In this document: piece after piece, positions 42,770 to 54,297 of the stretch
How positions within the stretch are numbered: position 1 is the stretch's first letter
Layout of the letters: each line of letters opens with the position of its first letter
Assembly: GCA_000004695.1 (NCBI GenBank)
Contig: CM000152.2
Location: forward strand, 992,001-1,056,000
DNA: 64,000 nt
Origin: Dictyostelium discoideum
Lineage: Eukaryota
Direction of reading: 5' to 3'
Notes under the pieces: model-generated
Databases searched by the model: none
The model's input: only the letters and a program-made list of their open reading frames with translations
What the model was told of the DNA's origin: nothing
Translations under genes and position numbers: made by a program

Positions 42770-43876
42770 ATGAATAAAAGCTCATCAGCATCAACAGTTC
42801 CACCTCATTCAACCCCTCATACAGCACATTCAACATCCTCTTCATCTCTACCTCCATTATCATCTACACATCACACAAATACATCATCTACGTCGAATAA
42901 TAATAATAATAGTAATAATAACCACAACCACAACCATCATCACACTACAGCAGCTACAACAACAACATCAACAACAGGTACAGGTACTACAGCAGCAACA
43001 ACATCAACATCAACATCATCAACAATACCAATAAATACAGCAGGAATTCATACGAGTAATAGTAATTTAGCGACAGCAACAAATACACCATCATCATCAC
43101 CACAAGTTTCAACATCAGTAGAAAGAAGATTTTGGATGAACGACAGAGGCTCAAGAAGATCATCAACCTCATTAACACAACAACCATTAACTATGAATAG
43201 ATCATCAAATAAACTACATGCTGCCGTCTCAGCTAGAGATTTAACAAGACTAAAACAAAGATTATCACAACCACGTAAAGCAAAGATCGAATTGGCAGAA
43301 TATGATTCAATGGATCAAACTCCTCTTTGTGCTGCTTTAAGAAATGGTTCACATGATATAGTTAGAGAAATTTTATTTTTCTATCAATCAAATAAGTAAG
43401 TAAAAAAAAAAAAAAAATAACAAAAACAAAAAAAAAAAAAAATTAAATTAAATTAAATAATAATTGTATATACATATTTTTAAATTCTGTTTATTTATAT
43501 TAACTTTTTTTTTTATTTTTTTAAAAAATAAAATAATAAATTTAGAATGGATATTAATGATCAAGATAAAAGTGGTTATACACCATTACATGTTGCAGCA
43601 TCTCATTGTGATGATCAAATTCTAATGTTATTATTAAATTATGAAGGCATCAATGTAAATATAACAAATGAAGATAAAAATTCTGCACTTCATTACTTTT
43701 GTCAAAAGTTTAGATCACCAAATTGTCAAGAACCATTTTCAATATTTTTAAAGAAAGGTGTAAATGTAAATGCACAAAACAAAAATGGTGAAACCCCATT
43801 ACATAAATCAATTTTTAATAATACTGTTCGTTTACTTATGGTAAACATGTTATTAGATGTATGTATTATTACACAA

Positions 43877-43907
<31 letters not shown>

Positions 43908-44038
43908 CTATATATTACAATAATTTATAATCCTCATAATCATTTAAAAAAAGATAATAATATATATAAAAAAAGCATACATATACTAACATATATTCAA
44001 TTTTTTTTTATTTTTAATTTTTCTTTAAAATTGTGTGG

Positions 44039-44083
<45 letters not shown>

Positions 44084-45737
44084 TGTGAAAAAAAAAAAAA
44101 ACCCAAAAAATAATAATAATAATAATTAGGCAGGAGCAGAAGTAAATGTATTAAATTCAAGAGGTGAAAGTCCACTTCATTTTGCAGTTCGTCTTGGTAG
44201 AGAAGATTTAGTATCAGTTTTAGTTAAAGCAGGAGCAGATATTACAATTAAAGGAAATGAAAAGAAAACATGTTATGAGTTATCTTTAACGATTGGGAAT
44301 CAAAGAGTTATAAATTTTTTAAAGAATGTTCAAGATATTTTCAATTGGTTGAAATCAATAGATTTGGAACAATATTGGTTAAATTTTGTAAAGGAAGAGA
44401 TATTTATGGACTTACTATTGGATATTGATGAAAGAACATTGGATTCATTAGGTATCACCTATAGTGGTCATCGTTTAAAAATAATTAGAAATTGTAGAAT
44501 ATTAAGAGATCAACAACTATTGAGTACTGCCAATAGTAATGTTACCACAGGTAGTGGTAGTAGTGGTTCAACAACAACAACCACCACCACTACCACCACC
44601 ACCTCTGGTTGTGGTGGATTAAATGTACCAGAGAATAAAAAGGTAACACAATTATCAATCGAATCATTAAAATCAAATCCACCAAATAGTATGGATTCAA
44701 CTGGTAGTATTAGTTCAGATGATTTGAAAGAGTCATTGACAAATCTTGAACATTGGGTTATTGATCACTCAGAGTTGGAGTATACATTAAAATTGGGTAG
44801 TGGTAGTTCAGGTAAGGTTTATAAAGGTTTATATAAGGGTAAGGAAGTGGCAGTCAAAGTATTGAAATCAATCACCACTCAATCACAATTGGAGGAATTT
44901 AAAAAGGAATTTCAAATTATGGGTTCAATTCGTTCTCAATTTATGGTAACATTTTATGGTGCATGCATTGAACCAAAACTTTGTATGGTCATGGAGTATT
45001 GTAGTCGTGACTCATTGTATCATGTAATGAACACCAAAAAGTATGACATTGGTTGGGACAGATTCTTTCAATTCACCATGCAAATGACATTGGGTGTACA
45101 GTGTCTTCACAATTGGACACCTCAAATTGTACACAGAGACTTTAAGAGTTTAAATCTTTTGGTCAATGAAGATTGGGAATGCAAAGTTTCAGATTTTGGT
45201 CTTAGTCGTTTTAATACCGCCGATAATTTAGAAACACTCAGTAAGATTCGTGGTACCTTTGCCTATTGTTCACCTGAAGTCGCCGTAGGTAATGGTAGTC
45301 TCTACACTACCAAATCTGATATCTACAGTATTGGTATCGTCTTTTGGGAATTAGTAACTCGTGTTATCAATGGTGAATACTCTCGTCCCTACAGTGAATA
45401 TTCTCACATCAAAATGGACTTTCAAATCATGTTAAACTCAAAGGAAGGTTTAAGACCAACCTTACCTCAAAATACTCCACCTGGTCTTGAAGCACTCTAC
45501 AAACAATGTGTAAACCAAGAACAAACCTTAAGACCAAGTTGCGAAGAAATCATTGAAACTTTAAATCGATTGAGACATGAATATATGTCTTCAAAAACTA
45601 CTTGGGATTCTTTAATTAGAAAACTACCATCTTTATCACCACCACCTCAACCAACTACTACAACAACAACTACTACTTCTTCTTCCACTTCAACAAATAA
45701 TATAAATAATAACATAAATAATAACAATAATACTTAA
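42770..45737 (+). CDS. Ankyrin-repeat + SAM-domain + TKL-family protein kinase (about 848 aa). Exons 42770..43395, 43546..43858 and 44130..45737
   Basis: Donor AA|GTAAGT at 43396. Acceptor tttag|A at 43545/43546. Donor GAT|GTATGT at 43859, chosen over GTAAAC at 43841 because it completes an ankyrin repeat (TPLHKSIFNNTVRLLMVNMLLDAGAEVNVLNSRGESPLH). Acceptor aattag|GCA at 44129/44130. SAM-like segment LEQYWLNFVKEEIFMDLLLDIDERTLDSLGITYSGHRLKII. Kinase motifs LGSGSSGKVYKG...VAVKVLK, HRDFKSLNLLVN, VSDFGLSRF, CSPEV. Confidence 0.8.
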
Positions 45738-46087
45738 TGTATTTATATGTCTAATAATAATAATAATAAATAATAAATAATAAAATATACTTTAAAAAAA
45801 ACAAATAAAAAAAAAATAAAAAATAAAAAAAAAATAAAAAAAAATAAAAAAAAGATAAATAAAACAAATAAATAAAGTTAATAATAAATAAAAAAAAAAT
45901 AAAAAAAAAATAAATAAAAAAAAAACATTTAAAAATAAATAATTTGTCTTTTTTTATGATTTATAGAAAGAATTTAATAGTTTTCCTAATTCCAACTTTT
46001 TTTTTTTTTTTCTAATATTAAAGTAATTAAATATTAATTAAAAATAAATTAATAATATAAATAATTATTTATTTATTTTTTTATTAA

Positions 46088-46630
46088 TTAATAAACTATT
46101 TTAAGGATTGGGAGGTTTGGAACAAATGCACCTTCAATAATGAAACCAAATGTATAAGTTGAATGAGCATTAATTGATTGTTGAATTGGTGGTAATGCTA
46201 AAATTCCATTTGGAATACGGACCATGTTCCAAAGAGATGTATCAGAGTTATCACGTAATCTGAATGAGCTGTCAGTACCAATGTTAATTTGTTTGATATT
46301 GTTATTTCCATTATTAACAATTGTAACATCATATTGAGAATAAGTTCTACCACCACGTGATCCATCTTGCCATACACCAATTTGTTTGATAATTAAGTAA
46401 ACTTGATTGGCATTATTTAATTGAACAATTGGTTGACATTGACAAATATCTCCTACCATGTGGCATGTTTCTCCTGATTTACAATTATCATTATATCCAC
46501 ATCTATATGGGTGGTGTGGGTAACGATACAATAATGATTCTGAAATTTCAGATTCTTGAATATTGGCTGATGTCAATGAAATTGATAATAAAATACCTAA
46601 AATTAAAGTTAAAAAAAATATAGTTTTCAT
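46088..46630 (-). CDS. Secreted Cys-rich protein, paralog of 5978..6583 (possible CBM49-like C-terminal domain), 180 aa
   Basis: Signal peptide MKTIFFLTLILGILLSISLTSA. HPYRCGYNDNCKSGETCHMVGDICQC, then IKQIGVWQDGSRGGRTYSQYDVTIVNNGNNNIKQINIGTD...LWNMVRIPNGILALP...TYTFGFII. Confidence 0.7.
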   Translation of the reverse strand: MKTIFFLTLILGILLSISLTSANIQESEISESLLYRYPHHPYRCGYNDNCKSGETCHMVGDICQCQPIVQLNNANQVYLIIKQIGVWQDGSRGGRTYSQYDVTIVNNGNNNIKQINIGTDSSFRLRDNSDTSLWNMVRIPNGILALPPIQQSINAHSTYTFGFIIEGAFVPNLPILKIVY

Positions 46631-46770
46631 TTTTTTTTTTTTGTTTTTTTAATCTTTTTGTTTTTGTTTCTGGAAAAAATAAAAAAAAAATATTGGATAT
46701 TTATAGTTTTTTTTTTTTTTTTTTTTATACTTACTTTATTTAATTTATAATTATATTTTTATATATAATA

Positions 46771-46804
<34 letters not shown>

Positions 46805-47560
46805 ATTATTATTATTATTATTTATTACTTATTTGGTATAATAGATTTATTTTAAAATTAAATTCATATGATCTATCATTCAATTGGTAGTTTTAAAAAA
46901 AAAAAAAAAAACAATATTTGGTAATTTAAGACTTTTTTTTAAAAATTGGAAAGTAGGGGTCCTAAAATACAATAAAATTATTGGTTTTTTTTTTTTTTTT
47001 TTTTCGTTATTAAATTATTTAGGAAATTAAAAAACTAATATTAAATAAAATTACAAGGGTCTTATGACTTTGAAATGTCATTTATTATATTAATAAATTC
47101 TAATAAAAACGTACCAAAATTAATTTTTTTTATTTAGAAAAAGTGTGGTTATAAATACTTCAATTATTATTTTTATTTTTATTTTTTATTTTGGCCTAAT
47201 AGATTTAAAAGCTTTTTTATTTTTTTGGGGATGAATTAGAAATATCTATAACTGACAAGTTAAACTAACCCAAATTTTTTTAACTTTCCAAAAGAGAAGT
47301 GAAAATATTTTCACACCCCAAACAACTTTTTCTTTGGAAATTAATATTTGGGTTTGAAAAAAAAAAAAAGAAAATTTTGGATATTTATTATTTGAAAAAG
47401 AAAAAGAATAATTTAAATATTTATTCAAAAAAAATCAATTTTTCAAAAAAAAAAAAAAACCTTATTGGTTAGATGTTAAAAAAAAATACAATTTTTTTTT
47501 TTTTTCAATTTAAAATTTTTTATTGTTTAAATTAAAAAAGCTTGAAAAAGAACAAGATGT

Positions 47561-48650
47561 TTAAAGACGAGCTTTGTATGAAGCTTTGATGGAAGCAACA
47601 CGAGCTTTCTTTTGTTTGAGGGTTCTCTTGCTGAGGTTCTTGGATTTGATATCTTTGTATGATTTGGTTGATTTGGCAGCTGGGGCTGGGTTGGCTCTGA
47701 TGGCTTTGTGAGCGTTGGCATAGATGGTTTCGATATCTTTTGGAGCAACACCGTTTTTGATGTATTGAGAGAAGATCTTTTTGTAGGCATCTTCGTCTTC
47801 AGTTTGTAATAAGGTCATGTAAGAGGCAACGTGTTTACCAAAGATGTAACCACGGAGAGTTTCAGCGTTTAATTTCTTGCTTTCAGCGTTGTAACCAGCG
47901 AAACGGGTTTCACCGTGTGGGACGTAGATACCACCGTCGACAGCACCTTTGAGGACAGCAAAGACTTTAGCACCAGTTGAGGTACGAGCGAGACCAACAT
48001 CGAGATTAGCTTTGAATGGTCTTGGTTTGTCGTCGACTGGTTTGACGAGGAAAACTTTACCGTCAACTTTTTCAGCACCTTTGTAGAGATCGGCTAATTT
48101 TAATTTGGCTAATAATCTACGAGCTAATAAGAGACCGGTAGCATAACATGAAGCATAGTTGGTGAGACCAACTTTGACACCGAATCTTGGTAATTCGTGA
48201 GCGTAAGCTGCACATAAGACGAAATCACCGACAATCTTAGAGTAGACAACTTGAGCAATAACATCAGTGTTGGTGATACGAGCAACAAGTCTGTATTTTG
48301 GTGAGTTGTACTTGTTCTTATCTTGAGTGATTAATCTGTGTCTTTGTTGATAATCAGTTTTACCTTCACGTCTTCTACGGAATTGGACTTGATATCTGCT
48401 GTAGTAAGCTTTAGTTTTAACGACTTTGACGAAACCCTTTTTTTAAAAAAAAAAAAAAAATATATTAATATTATTTTCATTTGTGTGTGTGGTGTGATTT
48501 ATTAATCAATCAAATTATTATTTTTTTTTTTTTATTTATTTATTTTATTTTATTTTATTTTATTTTATTTTATTTTATTCATTTTTTTTTTTTTTCAAGA
48601 CAAAAATAATTATTTGATTGATCAAAATTTTTTTATAACTTTCGTACCAT
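47561..48650 (-). CDS. rpl5: 60S ribosomal protein L5 (uL18), about 289 aa. Exon 1 is the ATG only (48648..48650); exon 2 is 47561..48427
   Basis: Hand translation of the minus strand from 48427 gives [56 protein letters not shown]...[12 protein letters not shown]...[11 protein letters not shown], unmistakably L5. It lacks an initiator, and caaaATG|GTACGA lies at 48650-48642 on the minus strand. Acceptor aaaaag|GGT at 48428/48427. The GC-rich codon usage is typical of highly expressed ribosomal protein genes in this genome. Confidence 0.85.
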
Positions 48651-49011
48651 TTTGTATATGTATGTGTGCTGAGATTAACTGAAATAAAAAAAAAAATTTT
48701 TTTTTTTTTATGCTGTCAAAAAAAAAAAAAAAAAAAAAAAATTTAAAAAAAAAAAATTTAAAAAAAAAGAAAAAAAAAAAACCGAGTCTGATGAAAATAA
48801 ATGCCCGTGTGTCTTGATTTTTTTTTTTTTTTTTTTTTTTTTGAACTTTTTTATTTTAATTTATTTTAATTTCTGGAAAATTTTTTTACTATTTTCCCAT
48901 TTTTTACCAATCTAATTAAAGAATTAATTTTGTTTATTTTTTGATATATTTTTTTTTATATATTTTTTTTTAAATAATTTATTTTTTATTTTAATTTTTA
49001 TTTTTTTTATT

Positions 49012-50497
49012 TTAATTAGTTTTTTTTGTTGGTCTTGGAGTTGATCTTGGAGTTGGAAGAACAAATCTTAATAAAATAAAAGTAACGAATAAGATGATGA
49101 TTGGAATATAAGAAAAAGTATTCCAAAGATGAATTGAACGTTCAATATTTAAAAAGATGAAAGAAGCACCAAAGAAGGATAACCACCAAACACAACAAAT
49201 TGAACCAACGATATCGTAAACTGTTTTCAATGGAGTTTGGATTGCAACGTCACCATTTTGTTTGACGAAATATGGACGAATCTTACGACGCATATCTTTG
49301 GCAACCTCTGTGAGTAATGTACAGGCGACAAAGAAAATGTAATAACCTGGATAGAAACCATGCCAGAATGCAGAGATGGTATAGGTTGCAAGTGTTGCGA
49401 AAAAGGTTGGTTTGGCACCTGCTGGTGTTAAACGAAGGTAAACGTATCTCTTTAACCAATCGCTAGTACCAATATTCCAATTGTTTGAAACGTCTCTTAC
49501 ATTACTTGCCAACTCAACACTTAATGGATAAACATTGGTAATACGATCCCATTTCATTGTTACACCATCCTTTTCAAATCCATTAAATCCAATACCTGAT
49601 AATACTGCACTACCTTCTGACATATACCATCCGAAATAATATCTAAATCTTGATAATACTACAAAAATATGAAGTTTAATTAACCTTTTTTTTAAAAAAT
49701 AAAAATTAGTATTATAATTTATTATTATTATTATTTTTTTATTTTTTTTTTTTTACTTACTTATATAAAAGTGGTTCATATCTAAATTCATTAGTTGATA
49801 AATAGACAACTGGATATTGACCTGATAAAACTACGAATGGGAACATTAAGAGACCAAGACCTAAAGTTTTGAGAGCAGGTAAGAGGGATGATGGAGCTTT
49901 GCCATTTAATTGTCCAACTTGGAACATTTTACCAGAGGTATAATTGAGATAATCGGTGATTTCCAAGGTTGGACCAGCTAAAAAGGTTGGGAAAAAATAG
50001 ACGAAACCAAAGAATTCCAAGAGGGTTGGTAATTTCTTGATTGATCTTCTTTTTTGATCATCGGATAATTCATTATCTGCTTTTGAACCGTCATGTAAGT
50101 TCCAAGCAAAACTTGTCAACTTTAATGTGAGGATCATTTGTGGACCGGTGAAATCTAATGTCCAACCCATGTAATCTGTGTAGATACGATAGATGTGTGA
50201 GATTGATAAATAACCTAAACAAAATGCAAATACGATCAATTGGGGTTTGTAACGATTTGGAATAACCATTAATAATCCATAGGAAATTAATGAACTGATG
50301 AATGAATGTAACCAACTCCATTCTCCTAATGACCATGTACAATAGAAAACACCTAAACAAATGTTCATTATATGTTTGAGATTAGCATTTGGTAATTTCT
50401 TTAATATTGCTGCAAATGGGTATGACAATAATAAACAAATTACTGTTTTAACTTGATCCACAGGAAATCCTGTAGCTTCTAAATAAGAATCTATCAT
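49012..50497 (-). CDS. MBOAT-family lysophospholipid acyltransferase (about 450 aa). Exon 1 is 49761..50497; exon 2 starts at about 49642 (alternative 49648) and runs to 49012
   Basis: Exon 2 contains the MBOAT signature WNIGTSDWLKRYVYLRL...FWHGFYPGYY (conserved His). Exon 1 ends TAT AA|GTAAGT (donor at 49760, phase 2). Two phase-compatible acceptors exist: atttag|A at 49643/49642 and atcaag|A at 49649/49648. The first AG (ttttgtag) is out of phase. Confidence 0.75.
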
Positions 50498-50565
50498 TTT
50501 ATTATTTTTATTATTATTATTTTATTACTATTTTTCCTATATCCCCTTTTAAAACGATAAATTTT

Positions 50566-50613
<48 letters not shown>

Positions 50614-51258
50614 AATTTAATTTTAAAAAATAAAAAATAATAAAAAAAAAAAAAATTAAAAAAAATAAAAATTAAATTAATATTTTAAAAAAATTAAAAA
50701 AAAAAACTTAAAAGGTTTGTGATCAAAATTGTTGATAATATCTTGTTTTATCGTCTTTTTATAATTTAAGATTCTAATTTCATTTTATATTTATTGTTTT
50801 CCTTTAAAGAGTTACAAAAAAAAAAAAAAAATAAAAAAAAAAGTCAACATCACAAAACATATGAAAATAAGAGTTATTGAAAAAAAAAAAATAAAAAAAA
50901 AAATAAAAACAAAATAAAATAAATAAATAAATAAAATAATAAAAATAATAGAAATAAATAAATAATAAAATTTTAAAATTGGAAATTTTTTTTTTAAAAA
51001 AAGTCTTTTATTTTAAAATAATCTGTTTACTGTTTTGGATCATGGCCAGTCATCACCATAAAATTTTTTTTTTAATTTAATTTTTTAATTTTTTTTTTTT
51101 AATTTCATTTTTTTTTTTTATTTTTATTTTTATTTTTTTTTTTTTTTTATGACTTGAAATAATTATTTTTTTTATTATTTATTTATTTATTTTATAACAA
51201 ACAAACGAAGAAAAAAAAAAAAATATATAGAAATAATAAAATATAAATAAAATAAAAA

Positions 51259-52326
51259 ATGAAAGATAGCGCAATATTAAATCAATTAAAAGTTGTTTTA
51301 CCACCACATATAATGGAAATAATATACTTTAGATATAATCAAATTGATACATATTTAAAACCATATAATTTACCAATTAAAACAGATGTTTTACTATTGG
51401 CTTTATTTACATTAATTTTTATCATTATAATTTCAAAGTGTAATTATAAATTATATATATATATATATAAATCATTTTCAACCTTTTTATTTAATTTTTT
51501 TTTTCATTTTTATTAATTAAAAATCCTATTATACATTTATATTTTTAATAAAAAATACTAGTATTTGGAAGTAGTGGTAATAAAACTAGAAGTGTTGGAG
51601 GTAGAACAAGTAATGATAAAAAAGTTAAGAGAGGAGTTAATATAGCTATATTAGGACTTTCAAATGCAGGTAAAACAGCATTACTTTTAAATTTAACAAA
51701 TGTTGATAAGAAAATTTCAACACACACAAGTATAACAACAAACAATGGTGTATATATCACTGAAAATAAAAAGAAATTACCAATTATCGATGTACCAGGT
51801 AATGGAAAGGCAAAAGCATCATTACCAAAAATTCTTTCAAATTCTGCTTGTATTATTTATGTAATTGATGGTACAACTTTTATTGATAACTCAACCCAGG
51901 AAGCTCAGTATGTAGTAATTTATTTTTATTTAATTTTAACTAAATTATTAATTAATTATTTTAATTATTTATTTATTTAGGTATTTATATGATATTTTAA
52001 CAAATGAATCAGTTTATCAAAAGAAGATACCAGTTTTAGTATTTAATAATAAAATGGATTTAGATTCAACAATTGATACAGAACAAGTTAAAAATATTTT
52101 AGAGAGAGAATTGGATGATTTAAGAAGAACTCGTGGTGCAACACCAATAGTTTTAGGTCAAGAGGAGGATAAAAAAGATATTTATTTGGGTATTGAAGGT
52201 ACACCATTCCAATTTGATCACCTCCCAAATGACGTTCAATTCTCTAATGGTTCCGCTTCACCTTCAAATGGTGAATTAAAAGAGATTGATGATATTAAAA
52301 ATTTCATTCAAACTACAACTCTTTAA
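51259..52326 (+). CDS. Signal recognition particle receptor beta-subunit-like small GTPase (about 290 aa). Exons 51259..51439, 51562..51907 and 51981..52326
   Basis: Exon 1 encodes an N-terminal TM anchor (TDVLLLALFTLIFIIIISK), donor T|GTAATT at 51440. Acceptor actag|TA at 51561/51562. Exon 2 has G1 LGLSNAGKT and G3 DVPG. Donor CA|GTATGT at 51908. Acceptor tttatttag|G at 51980/51981. Exon 3 has G4 NKMD. The Arf-like GTPase-with-TM-anchor architecture fits SR-beta. Confidence 0.65.
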
Positions 52327-53239
52327 TAACCTTTTGGAAAAAAAAAAAAAAAAAAAAAAAATAATAAAAATAAAAATAAAAATAGATTTTTTTTATTACA
52401 TTTTAAATTAGATTCTTCATATTGGCCAATAAATTCATTTTCATTTTCAGTTAGATTATTAAATATTAGATGACACAATTTTATTTGAATTGAAAATTCA
52501 GTTTGTAAATCATTGTGAATCAAATTAATCCAAATGATTTTGTTTTTTTCACTTAATTTAACACACCACCAATAATCTATTTAATATCATTTTTTTTCAA
52601 TTTTTAATGTTGGTAATTTACATTTAAATGATAATGGTAATGGTGATGCAATTTTAATTTATTAAGGTACATGAGAGTGGGTTTATCATCATTAAATATT
52701 TTAAAATTGAAAGATATTAAATCATATATTTTCCCTACAGTTGGAGTCCAAAAGAGAAAGAGGAATATCTTATGAAAATACATATGGTAATTTTATCACC
52801 AGAATTTAATTAAGTAGAAATAGAATTTTTTTTTAAGAAATTGAATTGAGGTTAGCAGAATTGCATTTCAATCAAAAAGGGAGCAGATTTAAAAAAATAC
52901 ATTACTGTTTGACTTAATGGATTATAATATTATAAATGTATAGAAAAATGTCGTAGAATTTAAGATCAAGTGATTGTAAATTTTAATGAATACTCTCATT
53001 TTAAATATAACTGTGGTTACTTTAATGTTATACTATTTTCAATAAAAAAACGAAAACTATCTCAAAGTATCTCTGAGTTAACAAAAGGTATTTGGTGAAC
53101 CAATAATTTTCTAATAATCGAACTATCCAAACTTAATATTGGCTTTGAGATGACTTTAAAGCTTAATCAAAAAAAGATTTTATGTAATAAAAAAATTAAA
53201 AAACGGTTTGGAGCAAAAAAACGAAATTTCATCAAAAAT

Positions 53240-53312
53240 GCCTGGATGGCTCAGTAGGCAGAGCGAGCGGCTGTTAACCGCTAGGTCCATGGTTCGATCC
53301 CATGTCTAGGCG
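53240..53312 (+). tRNA. tRNA-Asn (anticodon GUU), 73 nt including discriminator G, no intron
   Basis: Cloverleaf folded by hand. Acceptor stem GCCTGGA/TCTAGGC (one G-U pair). D-stem GCTC/GAGC. Anticodon stem AGCGG/CCGCT with loop CTGTTAA (U33, GTT, A37). Variable loop AGGTC. T-stem CATGG/CCATG with loop TTCGATC. A box TGGCTCAGTAGG, B box GGTTCGATCCC. Confidence 0.9.
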
Positions 53313-53340
53313 ATAATTTTTCAATCACCAAAATCTAGGC

Positions 53341-53356
53341 CAATGGTTCGAATCTC
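53341..53356 (+). promoter_or_regulatory. Candidate external B box (exB) downstream of the tRNA gene
   Basis: CAATGGTTCGAATCTC contains a second GGTTCGAATC B-box consensus about 54 bp downstream of the internal B box. Dictyostelid tRNA genes commonly carry such an extra B box. Confidence 0.5.
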
Positions 53357-54058
53357 TTTTAAATATTTTTTTCACTTATTGAGGGGTTATACGAGCACTA
53401 TAAACATGTTAAATGACCCATACCACAATTTATTTTTCTACCAAGACAAAATCTTTAAACACTACCAAACTTAAAGAATTCATCTTCAAATCAGCTAGTT
53501 ACAAGAAAGAACAGCTATAAATAATAAAACAAAATATTATAAAACAATTAACCCTCCAATATGAAAAAAGATCACCTATTAAACATACAATACAAGTAAA
53601 ATTCCCCAATGGTGTTATAGGCAATAAACTAAGACCTCACAATACCATTTAGTACAGAAATATATCGCTCTAATATTACACCAAGTATGGATATGGATTT
53701 GTAATAAAATCTACATTGATGATAAAATTCCAAAGAAACATTAGATTATGATAATATTCTCAAGAAATGGCATAAATTTACAACTTTGAATTGCATTAAC
53801 TATCATCAATTAAAAACTCACTCTTAATTTGTAATATAACTAATTAATACAAAAAAAAAAATTTAAGATATTAAAATTTACATTACCAAAGATTACTGTA
53901 TAACAAGATCGGCCTCACCAAATAGAATAATTGTAGATCAATTATCTAAATCTTTAATACCTTTAAAATAATTCCACAAAATAAAAAAAAAAAAAAAAAA
54001 AATAATTATTAAAATCTCAACAAACATTTATTATTGACAAATCCTTTTAGGTTGGGAG

Positions 54059-54095
<37 letters not shown>

Positions 54096-54297
54096 ACACT
54101 ACTTTATTATTTCTGGATTTGTGTGAATAATAAATAGCCATTTTAAAAAAGTTACAAAATTAATTATTTTAAAAAAAAAAAAATCTGTAATACTATTTGT
54201 ACAATTTTATAAATTTTTTATTTTTTATTATTATTATGTGAATAATTTTTTTTTTAAATTCTAAATATTATTTACTTTTTTTTTTTTATTATTATTA

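Noticed and set aside
52323-52523. 66-aa minus-strand ORF downstream of the SR-beta-like gene
   Set aside because: Overlaps the likely 3' UTR and oligo(A) tract. No start context or homology.
53334-53356. Second partial tRNA-like gene downstream of tRNA-Asn
   Set aside because: Only a B-box-like GGTTCGAATC with a short acceptor-like TCTAGGC. No A box, D arm or anticodon arm can be formed. Interpreted as an external B box rather than a tRNA pseudogene.
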